Shown: in pieces, positions 12,384 through 25,382 of the stretch
How the letters are laid out: the number at the start of each line of letters is the position of its first letter
Position numbering within the stretch: the stretch's first letter is position 1
Assembly: GCA_003990765.1 (NCBI GenBank)
Contig: RBNJ01000269.1
Coordinates: forward strand, 1-34,765
Length of the DNA stretch: 34,765 nt
From: Jimgerdemannia flammicorona
Lineage: Eukaryota
Reading direction: 5' to 3'
The notes under the pieces: model-generated
What the model was told of the DNA's origin: nothing
Database searches by the model: none
What the model saw: only the letters and a program-made list of their open reading frames with translations
Program-made: the position numbers and the translations under genes

Positions 12384-13370
12384 TCACATGTAGCCGGGTC
12401 TGTGGACAAAAGATACTCCCTTTTTGACCTCTTCTTTCAGTACGGGGCTAACGATACGCAATAGTCTCTTCTCGTAGCTCGAGATTGGGCCGAGGGGGTG
12501 GATTTTGACGACACCTTGGGGTCCAATATCCACTTTAGGCGCAAAGTACTCCAGCTCTCCGACCTCCGCCCTGATGGAAGCGGCTCCCACGGGATCAGCG
12601 TCGAGGTTTAAGTACGTGTACTCGACGACCGTCTTGCCGTTGATGATAGCGTTCAGCAGCGAAAAGATAAATCTGGAGGCGGCGTAGGCAATGGAGAGCG
12701 GGGACCTATGCAGCCCATCCTCGACATTAATAACATTGTCGCTGCAGAACTGGACGCGACGGGTCACGGCCTCAATTTGACTCTGTGACAGCATCCGGGA
12801 GACTTTGACTTGGGAAATGAGCGGGACGATGGTGAGTCCGCTGTGGCCGCCAACGACAGGGATGCGGAGCGAGCGAGGATCGGCGTCGATGAAGTAGGCG
12901 ACCAAGGTCGAGGCGTGGACGATATCAAGAGTCGTGACACCGAAGATCCTTCTTGGGTCGTAAACTTTATGCTTCTTGAAGACCTCGACAACAATAGGGA
13001 CGGCTTGGTTGACAGGATTGGACATGATAACCATGAAGGCCTTAGGGCTGTATCTGGCGGCGGCGTCGGCGATGTCCCGCACACTGAGGGCGTTTATCCG
13101 GAACAGCTCTTGAGGAGTTTTGGGCCTACGGTTCGAGACGGCGGGAATGAGGATGATATCCGAGTCCTGGACGGCCTCCTTGAGCGAGGCATGGCCAACA
13201 TGACCAGTGACTATGCCCTTGGTATCGATGTGGCTCAGGTCGATCGCGACACCTTGAGTGTTTACAATATCGTAGAGGGACAGGTGGTCGATGAGGTTGA
13301 CCTGTTTCAGGAGTACGGAGAGAGGATGGCCGATTCCACCAGTAGCACCGCAGATGGTAACTTTGACCAT
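12384..13370 (-). CDS. Malate dehydrogenase-like protein (mitochondrial/glyoxysomal/E. coli-type MDH fold), divergent active site, 328 aa, no introns in CDS
   Basis: ATG at 13370. MVKVTICGATGGIGHPLSVLLK, LSLYD, GVAIDLSHI, SNPVN, RIFGVTTLDIV, PVVGGHSG.TIVPLISQ and LSIAYA are all MDH-family hallmarks. Uninterrupted ORF, GC-rich third positions, CpG retained. Confidence 0.93.
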   Translation of the reverse strand: MVKVTICGATGGIGHPLSVLLKQVNLIDHLSLYDIVNTQGVAIDLSHIDTKGIVTGHVGHASLKEAVQDSDIILIPAVSNRRPKTPQELFRINALSVRDIADAAARYSPKAFMVIMSNPVNQAVPIVVEVFKKHKVYDPRRIFGVTTLDIVHASTLVAYFIDADPRSLRIPVVGGHSGLTIVPLISQVKVSRMLSQSQIEAVTRRVQFCSDNVINVEDGLHRSPLSIAYAASRFIFSLLNAIINGKTVVEYTYLNLDADPVGAASIRAEVGELEYFAPKVDIGPQGVVKIHPLGPISSYEKRLLRIVSPVLKEEVKKGVSFVHRPGYM

Positions 13371-15521
13371 GTTAGCTGGGAGAAAGAAAAGGAAGGGTGG
13401 AGAGGCGGGCCGAGGGAAAAATAGCAAAACAGTTCAAATCAGTTAATTGGAACTTTTATTATATCATGACACCCCTATTAATTCAGCTTGAAGGGCTTCA
13501 TGGATGATTAATTGGTCACTTATTGATATTTACCTCCTAATCCATCAATTCATAAGAATGCATGTAGTTTACTCCCAACATGTGCAGCGGTGCCCCGACA
13601 TTAACTGTAAAGGGACATGATTCTGCAATGTAAACATGCACTTTACTAATGCACCTCAAAAGCATATGCCAAGCACGAAACTGTTATAGTCAGGGGCAAC
13701 TACTGATGGATCTGCGCAAGTCGCTGAAGGACATTACCAATATTGTGCGGTTAGAGAGTCGACTAGCAGTTCCAGGTGTACAACTTCAGAAAAAACAAAA
13801 TAGGAGGATAAAAAAAAAAAAAGGTAACCTGAAGGCGTGTTTGCACGCGGAAAAATTTAGCGCTCAATTCATGTTGGAGCTTGATCAATTTGTGTATTAG
13901 CATACGTCGTGGAAAGGTGGTGAAAAATCACATGCTTTTTTCTGTTCCGGAGTTACTCAAATATTTTTGTTATATGATCTTGTCTCTCCTTCTATTATTA
14001 TTATTATTACTATAAAAAAGAAGTGATATCTGTACATTGCCCTTCTTTTGCTTTTCCATACACTTGCGACATCAGGGATCTGCGACATTGGTTTCGTTCA
14101 AAATTTTACCTTAGACAATATTTGACTTGAATCGGCCAGGGTATGCGAACGCTTTATACCGTGTTTGCGCGGTTAAACGCCCTTGTTGTTGGCCATGAAC
14201 AGACTCTTCATCGTTTCATCCACGACGGTCCGGTATCTTGATACAGGCAACAAGTTCTTTATAGAATAGTCCAATTTCGTCTTTCCAAATCCGAGTTCCT
14301 CCCGGAGGCATCCCACAACCTTCACGCCAGCCATGTTAATGTTACCCGCGGCCATCAGCGAACCTGTGAGAAATGCCACGCCACCTTCCCAGCACTGCAC
14401 GCACTGCAACGTCCGGTAGTGCGCGCAATATCTCCCGCACTCTGTCCCTTCTGCAGCTATGCGGTGCGCTGCAAGTTTGACAAGAGGTACTTTTGGTGCC
14501 ACGCCGCGCTGCGTCTGGGACGAGTACGGATGGCATTGGAGCAAGGATGAGGACGTTTGAGGAATGTGCTGGTGAGTGGAGGAAGGTGAAACGCAGCTGA
14601 GTGAATGATGCGGTTTGTCGTGCCACATTATCGCTGCGACAGTATTGTTTGCCACAGTATTATGATCAATGCATCTGTCATTGTTTTTACGTCGAAGAGT
14701 TGTCAAGCACTGTCTGTCTCCCGTCGTCAGACTCCCAGTCACTCCCATGTACATATATCCACGCTTTTTCTTTCTTTCGTGGTCTTGCATTTCTAACCTT
14801 TTACTTTGCCCTGGAGGAAATGGCAGAGCTGAGTTTGTATCACCAGCGAGGGATCCACGCCGTGGTTGGTCCATGCATGGATGCATGGTGCAATTAACTT
14901 TTCAAGCTCAGACAAATCTGCCAAGGGCCCGTGTTAACGATATCTCGTGCCGAGTTTGTATCACATATCACAACGTAGATACATTCATGCCGGATCTAAA
15001 TATAGAGCCTTTGTCTCCATTGAGACAGTGAACTGTAAAAAGCGTTATAGGTAGACAACGTAGAAATGGCGGGTTTGCCGTCTCATTGATATGTGGGCCC
15101 CAGAAACGATGGCTTATATCAGTTATGTATGCTACCTTTTTTTTTTTTTTTTTGAAGGTGACCAAATTGCTAACGTGTCGCGTGATACTCAACAGCAAGG
15201 CAGATGAACAGACATGTACGATGACCGATACTGAGCGCGTGACACGTTTAAAGCTTCGGCAACACCATTGAGAAAATAATCTCCGAAAGATTTTCTCTTC
15301 GAAGGGGTGTTTGTTCACGTTGGTCGACCCATCATTTTAGAGGGTTGTGTTGAAGAAAAACATGGGAAGACGGTATGGCAGGAGGGGGGGAGGAAAAACA
15401 AAACAAAGACGTTTATTCCAGAGAAACGTGACACAATCGGTGGCGATAGCAGGTTTAGCCATTTAGCCACACGGGCCACGCGCTGAAGTTCCCGCTTTTC
15501 GATGGGTCTAAGCGATCACCA

Positions 15522-18500
15522 CTAGGATGGAGCCCCCTGACTGTTGGGTCATGTTATTGCCCAGCAAAGAGGAGGGAGCACTTGGAGTGAATATATAGAC
15601 TACAGGATGCAGGTATGATGGTGGCAGAGGGGATTGACTGTCTGGGTAGCAACTTCAACATGATAAGGGATGGGCAGTTGGACAGGACTGATGGAGGAAG
15701 GGGGATGGTTGGTAGGAGTAGGGGAATAGAGGACTGGGAGGAAATTGAGAGGCTGGGCTCACTGGTGGATGCAGGGTATCTTAGGTGAGGAGACTACAGG
15801 GTCTATACTCATTGGGTGGCAGGGCTGGGTTCAAGGATTGACTAGATCCTAACTGCTAGAGAGCAGATGTCTGGGGCTCTCTAGAGATAGTTTGGTGCCC
15901 ATGATCAGATTATTGGGGCTTACTGGGCTGTGGGAGGTTTGGAGGAAGTGGGGAGAGGCCTGGCTATTAGTGTCTGAATGCTTCATTATTGGGGGAACCC
16001 TCCTTGTGGGATGCATAGATAGTAGACATTAGCTCCAGGATCTTGGACTAGAGAGCACAGGGGCTGGAGATTGGGGATCATTGGTGGTATTTGAAATTAG
16101 ATGCCCAGCAGTTCTGAGGGAGGGGGAGGGTACTCAGAGAAGGAGTCATTTAAGGTAGGCTTTCTGGAGGTTGGAGAAGCTATTGAAGAAGTGGGCAGAA
16201 TTATTGAATGACAAAGAGGAAGGGGATTGGAGAGTTCAGTAGATCTAGCTAGAGATAGAAGAGCTGAAGAGTAGTACTCCCAAATAAATCAAATCAATTC
16301 AAATTAAATCAAATTGAGGATCATTCAAATTAAATCAAATTAAGGGTCATTTAAATCAAATCAAATTGGGGTTTTTTCAATTCAAATCAAGTTCAAATCA
16401 AATTCAAATTGAATTGAGGTCTGATTCAAACCCTATTTTTCAAAATATAATAACTCAACAAAAATATATCCAAAATTAATAATATTTAGCTTGTTAGATT
16501 TCTCTTATATAGAGAAATCTAATAAGCTAAAGATCATTAAATTTAGATATATTTTCATCAAGTTATTATAGTTTGAAAAATAGTGTTCAAATCAAATCTC
16601 AAATTAAATTGGACCTTTGATTTAATTTGAATCAAATTGAATTGGACCTTTGATTTGATTCATTGGGAGTACTAACTGAAGAGACTGCTAAGATAGGAGG
16701 AATAATTGCAGATAAAGGGTATAGCAGTCCAGTTAAGATAGCAGAGATTGAAGGAGAGAGAGAGGTCTACAAAGTTTTTGTCAAGACTGCTTCAGGTGAG
16801 GAGGGTGTAGCAGCAGTAGGAAGGAGTTTTGGATGAGGCAGGAGAGATAGTAGTCAGTACTCCCAAGATCTTAGGTCAGCTGAGGGCCTAATGAGAGTGA
16901 TTGTAGAGTGAGGAAGAGGGGGGGAGAATGTACTAAACATTGAGCAGCATCTGATAGATTGGTACCTAGATCTGGCAGAGGACTTAGGTGATCTTAGAGT
17001 ATCTATTTATAGAGAGGAGATCTGTAGGATATTGGTAATGATAAGTCTTAGAATGGCCCCAGGAGAGAATAGTCTACCTTGGGATTTCTGGAAGAGGATG
17101 GTAGGGATAGAGGTAGCTTTGGAGGAGATGATATAGATATATAATGAGATTATTAGCTCTAAGACCTAGATTGGGGTGCAGTGCTTGGGTCTTGTAGCTC
17201 TGCTATATAAGAATAAGAGAAGAAGAGAGAATTGGAAAAACTGGAGATCAATCATACTTCTGGATATAGATTGTAAGTTGTTATAAAAATTTTAGTAGCT
17301 AGGTTGCAAGGAGTAGCTCAGAGAGTGTTGGGGGCAGAGTAGTGGGGCTTCATCAGGGGTTATTTAATAAGAGATAAGATAGCATAGATTTATAGTATTA
17401 TTGAAGAAGTTTGTACTGTCAGGGTTAATGATCAGCTAGTAATTCTAGACAAAAAGAAGACCTATGACAGTGTCTGACAAGTGTGGCTAAAGAGAGTACT
17501 AGAGTATATGAGAATCTCCTGAGGATTTAAGCAATCCTTGATCTATCTGTTAGAGGGGAGTCAGATAGCTATTATAGTAAATGGATATAGGGGAGAGTTT
17601 TTTCCTCTAGGCAGAGAAGTGCTGCAGGAGGACTCACTGTTACCAATTCTTTATACTCTCTCTCTGGAGCCTTTATTGGATAGGATTAGGTACAGAGTGG
17701 GGGGGCTGAACATTTGGGGGTGAACTGGAAGATGGGGGCCTTTGCTGATGATATGTTGATAGAACTGAGCTCTGTGGCAGATGTGACAGTACTGAAAGAT
17801 ATAGTGAAATAGTATGAGAGGTACTCAGGTACTAAGCTGAACTGGCATAAGTGCAAGACTTTAGTATTAGATAGAAGAATAGTAGGAGGAGATGTGATTG
17901 GAACAATTATCCTAGCAATAGAGATAGTCTAATATCTGGGGATCTACTTCTCAGTATATAGTTCTTTGTTGCCTCAGAAATGGTAGAAACAGAGACTGAT
18001 TGAGTAGGATAGTATTCTTCTAGAGTAGAGCAGCCAATATATATATCTCTCTGGCTAGAAGAGTGATAGTACTGAATATATATTGACTATCTAAGTTGTA
18101 ATACCTGAGATATCACTTAAACTTTCTAGCATAAGTAGTCAAGTAGCTATTGAAGATAGTGAGGATATGGATTTAGATAGAGTGATAGAGTCAGATTGAA
18201 TAAAAGATAATAACACTGAGAGGACTGGATCTAGTGGACTTTACCAAGTATCTTTACAGCTTAAGGATATAGTAGTTGAAGTGAGCTAGTGAGTTGAGGG
18301 GTTGTAAGTAGGTACTCCTTATACAAAGAGTATAGAAGATATAGTTCTCTCCTTGTGACATATCTAGCGACTTGCTCTTACTAGTAATACTAGAGGAGAG
18401 CTCAAAGATATGCTATAATTAATTCTGGTAGAGAGTAGTTGATAGTGCTCACTAAATTGGCTTCTGGTAGCAGAGTGATAAGAGAGAGGAGGACTGGAGA

Positions 18501-19379
18501 CCCCAGATATGGAGATGTGACTGTTTTTTGCTGGGAGATATATCAGTGGGTAATTTTAGTTTGAAGGATAATATAGAATGTCTAAGAGAGTATAAGAGAG
18601 ATTTGTGGTCTGAGATCTGACAAGAGGTAGGAATTGGAAAAGAGTGGGACTGGAATGGCATTTAGTCTTAGAGCAAGCAGATGATAAAGTGAATTCCTCC
18701 TAGATTCTAGATAACATAGTAACAATTATTATAGTATAATATAATGTTAAACAATAGGTCAGAACATTTGATAGATAGGAGTGTCCTAGAGTGTAAAGAG
18801 TGCTTTAATATTAGGCAAAAGAGTAAAGTAGTGCAGAAACCAGAGCATTAGCTGGGGAAGTATGAGGTTATAAGTGACTTTTGGAAGACTATTAAAGATT
18901 AGATAGGAGTCTGTCTATCTGGACTGATGGTAGATAGAAGGTGGGGTGATCTTTGGAGGAGGCTGGTAGAGGGGTTGGGGATGAGTAGTTAACTATTGAG
19001 TAGATACTAGTTATTGAGTTAGACTTACTGGATATTGGTTGTATATATTTAAGAATAGTCAGTAGTTGATACTTAGAGTGTAAGTTATGAGATGAGAATG
19101 ATTATTGATAGGTCTTTTGAATAGTTGGTGGTGGGGGTGGGGACCAAGAGGGGGACTTTATAGAAAGCTTATAAAGAAGATTTACAGATGGAGTAGGGGG
19201 AGGATTTGGGTTACAAAAGAGATAGTATATTTTTAGAAAGATAGAAAGAGAGAGAGAGAAGGAAAAGACTCCTTATGGAATTAGGTGAGGGGTGTATTGT
19301 ACATCTGTATTAGTATAATATAGATTGGAAGGTAATAAAGTAAAAGTATAAGTAACTAAAAAAAAAAAAAAAAAAAAAA
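15522..19379 (+). mobile_element. LINE copy C, 5'-truncated within the endonuclease domain, complete 3' end with poly(A)
   Basis: Colinear with copies A, D and E from ~15522. AFADD at 17738, CKEC..PEH.LG near 18790-18860, AATAAA 19334-19339, poly(A) 19358-19379. Interrupted by the foldback element. Confidence 0.9.
16272..16674. mobile_element. 403-bp foldback/MITE-like non-autonomous DNA transposon with 9-bp TSD (Mutator/FB-like)
   Basis: Termini tagtactccca / tgggagtacta are exact inverted repeats. Flanks are gctgaagag (16263-16271) and actgaagag (16675-16683). The inner arms pair around a 5-nt loop at 16506-16510, and the outer arms are built of AAATC/AAATT short repeats. Confidence 0.88.
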
Positions 19380-22300
19380 GATGGATTTTTGTATGATTGA
19401 TGAGAGGCTCTGGAGTGATATTCTGTAAGGAGAAGAGATCGTGCAAAAACTCTGGAATAAACTAATGGCAGCTCTACTGAAGGCAGAGGAGTATAAAGTA
19501 GATAATAACAGAAAGGCAGTATTTCTAATAATTGCAAATGATTATATATTTTATCTATTGGGCTCTTAGAAGAGATTGATAAAGTATCAGATAGTGTGTA
19601 AGGAATATAGATCTAATATGGAGGTAGTGGATGGTGAGGACTGTTAGGAGATCTTGGAAGCATTAAATACTCAGCAAGAAGAGATAGATAAACTTGAGGC
19701 CAAAAGAAATCTGGATGTTACTAGTAATATAGTGAGCATGGAATTATAGAGTAAGAGATAGCTCTTGAAAAACATTATTCAATATGAACAGTATAACTAG
19801 AATCTTTTCTTTAAATATCAATGGATTATGAGGGGCAGTGAGGTATCAGAATATCTTCTGCTGATTGAAGTAGCTAGATGCGAATCTTTTCTTACTATAG
19901 GATATTAAATACAATAGAAACTTAGATATACTAGACTAGATAAGAGAATGGAGAGATATAGTTATATGGTAGAATTAGGTGTGTATTTTGGTTTGGAAGG
20001 GTAAGAGAGATATTGAGAATATTGGACATTAGAGAGATAGAGTGGTGTGGGGAGTATGGAGGAGGTCAGGCTGGAGCCTATTGACTGTTGAGTCCTATTA
20101 CTACCTAGCAGAAAGAGGGGAGTATATGGAGTGGTTGAGAGAACTTTAAGAGACAGATGCTATAGTAGAGATAGAGATTAACTATTTAGATAAAGACTTC
20201 AACATAATATATAATAGGCAATTAGACAGGACTGATAGAGAGGGAGATATGGTTGGTAGGCATGGGGGTATGAAATAATGAAAGGAGATCAAAAGACTGA
20301 GCTCACTAGTGGATGTAGGACAACTTGGATGGAGAGATCACAGGGTCTATACTTACTGGGTAGTAGGGTTGGACTCAAGGATTGACTGGATCTTGACTGC
20401 TAAGTATTAGAGAGAGGATGTCTAGAGATCTTTGGAGATAGTTTAGTGTCCTGATCAGATTATTGAGGGCTGCTGGATTGTGGAAGATTTGGGAGAGATA
20501 AGAAGGGGTCAGAATATTGGTATCTAAATACTTTATTGCTAGGAGAGTACTTCTTATGAGATACATAGACAGTGGACATTAGTTCCAGGATTCTAAGCTA
20601 GAGGACAAAGGGGCTGAAGATTGGAGATCAATGAAGGTATTTTAAATTAGATATATAATGATTCTAGAGAGAGATAGAGAGGGTGAGGGGTACTCAGAGG
20701 AGAAGTTAATTAAGGTAGATCTCCCAGAGATTGGAGAAGTTGTTAGTGATATGGGTAGATTTGCTGAATAGTAGAGAGGAGAGAGATTAGAGGGTTCAGT
20801 AGGTCCAGCTCAAGGTGGAGGAGCTGAAGGAGCTACTAAGGTAGGAGGAGGACTTATAGGTGAAGAGTATGATAGCTCAACTATAATGGCAGAGTTTGGA
20901 GGAGAGAGAGAGACCTATGAAGTTCCTGTTGAGACTTCTTCAGGTAAGGAGAGTGAGGCAATAGTAGGAAGGAGTATTGGATGAGATAGGAGAGATGGTG
21001 GTTAGAGCTCTAGTAATTCTGAGTTAGCTAAGTTTATGGTGAGGGCAATTGTAGAGTAAGAAGGAGGGTGGGGAGAATATACTGGACATTGAATGGCATC
21101 TGGAGGATTGGCACCCTGATACAGCCAAGGGCTTGGATAGACTTAGCATACCTGTCCAAGGAGAGAAAATCTGTAGAATATTGACAATAATAAGTTTTAA
21201 AACAGTCTCTGGAGAGGATGTTCTATCTTGGGATTTTTGAAAGAAGATAGCAGGTGTTGAGTTAGCTTTGGAGGAGATAAAGTGGGTATATGATGAAGTT
21301 ATTGGCTCAGAGGCTTGGATTGGAGAGTAATACCTAGGACTTATAGCTCTGCTGTATAAGAATAAGGAGAGAAGGGAGAAGTGGAAGAACTGGAGGCTGA
21401 TCATGCTATTGAATATAGATTGCAAGCTAGTTATAAAGATATTAGTGGCTAGGCTACAAAGAGTGACTTAGATAGTACTAGAGGCAGAGCAGAGGGACTT
21501 TGTAGGGGGCTATTTAATAAGAGATAAGATAGTATAGGTACATAGTATTATTGAAGGAATATGTACTATAGAGATAGATAGATGGTTTATATTTTTGAAT
21601 CAGGAGAAGACATATGACAGGGTCCAATAAGTGTAGCTAGAGGGAGTACTGAAGTATATGAGAGTCTCTCTAGAATTTTAGCAGTCTTTGATCAGTCTGT
21701 TAGAAGAGAGTTGAGCAGCTATTCTGATAAATGGACACAGGGGGGCTTCATTCTCTTTGGACAGAGGAGTGCTACAGGGGAATTCATTATTACTAATTCT
21801 TTATACTCTCTCTTTAGAGCCTCTATTAGATAAAATTCAGTATAAGGTGGGAGAGTTGACTATTCTAGGAGTAAACTGGAAGGTGGGGGCTTTTGCTAAT
21901 GATATAGTAGTTGGGCTAGACTCTGTAGAGGATGTGGCAGTATTGAAGGGAGCAGTAGAATAGTATAAGGAGTGCTCAGGAGCTAAGCTTAACTAGTATA
22001 AGTACAAGATACTAGTATTAGATAAAGGGATAGTAGGTGGGGATATGATTGGAACAGTTATCTTAGTAGAAGAGACAGTTCAGTATCTAGGGATCTAATT
22101 CTCAGTATATGGCTCTCTATTATCTCAAAGATGGTAGGAGCAGTGGTTATTAGAGTGGGGGAATACTCTTCTAGAGTGGAGAGACTAATATATCTCTCTG
22201 ATAGAGAGAGTGATAGTGCTGAATATATATTGGTTGCCTAAGTTATAGTATCTGGAGTATTACTTGGACTTCCCAGTATAGATAGTAAAGAGGTTATTAA

Positions 22301-22961
22301 AGATAGTTAGGTTCTGGATATGGGCAGACTAGAGGAGTCAGATTGGATGAGAGATATTGGCATTACTAGTAGACTAGAGAGAGCAAGGTCTGGTGGACTT
22401 TATCAAGCATCTATACTACTTGAGGGTATGGTGGTTAAAGTAAGCTAGTAAGTTGAGAGACCAAGAGTGAGTACTTCTTATATAGAGTATAGGAGGTTCA
22501 GTTCTCTCCCCATAGTACATCTGATAACTTACTCTCTCTGGTAGTACTGGAGAGAAGTCAGAGAATTTACTTTAGGGGATTCTAGTAGAGTATAGTTGAT
22601 AGAGCTTGATATATTGGTCTCTGATGGCAGAACAATAAAGGAGAGAATGACTGGAGACCTCAGATGTAGAGGTGGGACTATCTGCTATTGAGGGTGGATA
22701 TTAGTGAATAACTTTAGTTTAAAGGATAGTATGGAGTATCTTTGGGAGTATGGGAGATATTTGTAGCCAGAGACTTAGCAGGGGGTTAGAATTAGTAAAG
22801 AGTGGGACTGGAATAGTATCTGGTCATAGAATAAGCAAGTAATATAGTAGATTCTCTTTAAGTTCTGAGTAGTATAGTGGAGGCTTTTGTGGTGCAATAT
22901 GATATTGAACTATAGGTCTAGACATTTGGTAAAAGATGATATCTTAGAGTATGAGAAGTAT
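19380..22961 (+). mobile_element. LINE copy D, left part (end of ORF1, ORF2 from ATG 19784 to the Cys motif), interrupted by copy E
   Basis: MNSITRIFSLNINGL at 19784, WKNWRLIMLLNIDCKL, GVLQGNSL, AFAND. Breaks at 22961 and resumes at 32735. Confidence 0.9.
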
Positions 22962-25382
22962 CAACATCTTTCTCTAGTAATATTTGGATTATATAAATTT
23001 CTGGCAATACTTATAATATTATTTTTGGAGAATAGGTATTAGAAATATAGTGACCAATAAGTATTCTGAGATGTATACTGGGCAGGGTGGCTCTAGTGTA
23101 TTTGACTAGCAGTATGTAGAAAGGAGTTATGGCTTGGAGGAGAGTCTGCTGGACTCTCTTGCAGATGAAAGAGAAGGTAGAAGAAATAGAGCTGAAGCTA
23201 GTAGACAGGGGCCTGGAAGGATGAGCTTTACTGATAAGATAAAGGAGGGACATTCATTGACTAGACTAGAGAGTTGGCTGAAAAAGGACAAGGAGATGGC
23301 AAGGACTGTAGAGTCTAGTGGAGTAACCTATAACAGTAATAGCAGTGGGGCTAGAGGAGTAGTGGCTGGGGGAAGTAGAACTACTGATGATAAGAAAACT
23401 GCCAATCTGGAAAAAAATTCAAATATGATAGTTGATGGTAGATCTAGACAGAGAGTGGGCACAAGGTCTGGAGATCTAGTAAATAGTATATATAATAGAC
23501 CTGGTGACAGTACTATTACTTAAGAAATTGAGATCAGAATTTGCTATCACATTGTGTTTCTGAGGCTTAGTAGTAATAGTGAGAATAATTTTGAAGCTTC
23601 TGGCTCAGGAGGTAAAAAGAGCAGTCTTGGTAAAATTTTTGAAGAGTTTGGAAGGAGTGAAGGTAGGCTTTGAGATAGAGAATATGCTGCTGAAAGCAAT
23701 GGAGAAGGGAGTGATAGTAGGGGGGGGGGTAGTAATTCCCATAGCTTAGTGCTTATACTAAGACCCCAGAGTAGTGCAGTTGATGATAGTAGATATATCT
23801 ATAGTGTCAAAGGAGATGGTCAGGAGGTTGATTGTGAAGGCTGTCAAGGAGTATGGAGATATTATAGATATTGGATTTTAGGTCTAGAAAGGCACAGAGT
23901 TTAGAATAGAAGATATGGATATCAGAGTACAATTGGTAGACAAGAAGAATATGGAGAAAGTGAGAGACTGGCCAGTAGTCCTCAAATGAGAACCTGTAGA
24001 GTACAAGGTTTTGAGAGTGAAAGGGATACCAGAGGAAGAAGAGGACTTGCTAGAGATATTGGAGGATCTGGCAGGGGCTATTGAGAGGAGGAGATTGGTC
24101 TAGAAAGAGTTTGAGACCAAGACAGTAGTAGAGATCATAAATGACAAGAAGGTGTAGCTGGATCAAGTAGCCTGGGAGAGGATACAGAGGAGACATATTC
24201 AGAAGGATCTGTTGACAAAGTTAGGAGGGAAGACAGAAGGAGGGACTGTCATTATAGATGTTGGGTTGAGAGTAAGTACCTGGGCAAGAGAGAAGGAAGC
24301 AGTACCAGAGGAGGTCCTGGGGGAGAGTGGAGGCTCAGAACAGAGTGTAGTAGTGGAAGATGAGAAGATGGGTAAGGAGGAGCACCCACAGTATGGGGTA
24401 CTAGTAGGGGCCAGAGGTGATGACAAACTGCAGGATATACTGGAGGAGGATTAGAATGAGTTGGTAAAGATAAATAGAGATGAAGGACAGGTGGAAGAGG
24501 AAAAAAAGGTGGCTCAGAGAGTGGAGGAGGCAGTTGATGAGGAGAAGTAACTGTGGAAAATACTGGTAAATATAGTAACTGAGAAGCTGGGGGGGAGGAC
24601 TTTTAGGTACTACTTAGTAAGAGGTATTGAGGAGAAATTCTGCAAGGTGAGGAGGTGCTGTAGAAACTCCAAGATGAGATAATAGCAGCTTTGCTAGAAG
24701 CTGAGATATATCAAGTAGATGATGAAAGGGGGGCAGTACTTTGGGTAATTATAAATGACCAGACTACTTATCTGTGGGGCCTAAGAAAGGAGCTGGCAAA
24801 GTAGCAGATAGTGTATAAGAAGTATCAGACAGATATGGAAGCTGTGGATGGTGCAGATTATTAGAAGATCTTAGAGGCATTGGAGGCTCAGCAGGGAGAG
24901 ATAGATGAGCTTGAGGCAGAAAGGAACCTAGTGATGCAGTAAGTATAAAATTGTAGAGTGGGCAGCTGTTCTTCAAAAAATATTATTCAATATAAATAGT
25001 ATAACTAGAATCTTCTTTTTAAATATCAATGGACTATGAGGAGCAATGAGATATAAAAATATCTTCTGCTGACTAAAGGCTGGACACAGATTTATTCCTA
25101 CTATGTATAAGATATTGGATGCAATAGAGACTTAAATATTCTGGACTAGATGAAGGAATGGAGTAGTGTGGCTATTTGGTGTGAATGTATGGGTATTCTG
25201 ATTAGAAAGAGTAAGGGGGATATTAGAGACATTGGACATTAGAGGAGTAGAATAGTGTGGGGAGTTTGGAAGAGGCCAGGCTAGAGACTCTTGACTGTTG
25301 GGTCATATTATTGTCTAGTGGAAAGAGGGAATAGATTTGAGAGCTATAAGAGTCTGGAGTATTAGTAGAGGTGGAGATTGAT

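Noticed and set aside
12810..13424. 204-aa plus-strand ORF and other overlapping ORFs (447-971, 608-1000, 12764-13084)
   Set aside because: Antisense or alternate-frame shadows of GC-rich real genes.
13371..13427. 19-aa N-terminal extension of the MDH ORF as a targeting peptide
   Set aside because: It starts at a non-ATG codon and simply translates a pyrimidine tract; MVKV at 13370 matches the usual family start.
16283..16430. Short AAATC repeats as a CRISPR or telomeric array
   Set aside because: No repeat-spacer structure; they are internal modules of the foldback element.
15526..19385. gatgga at both ends of LINE copy C as a TSD
   Set aside because: Only 6 bp, and the left instance is explained by LINE homology; likely chance.
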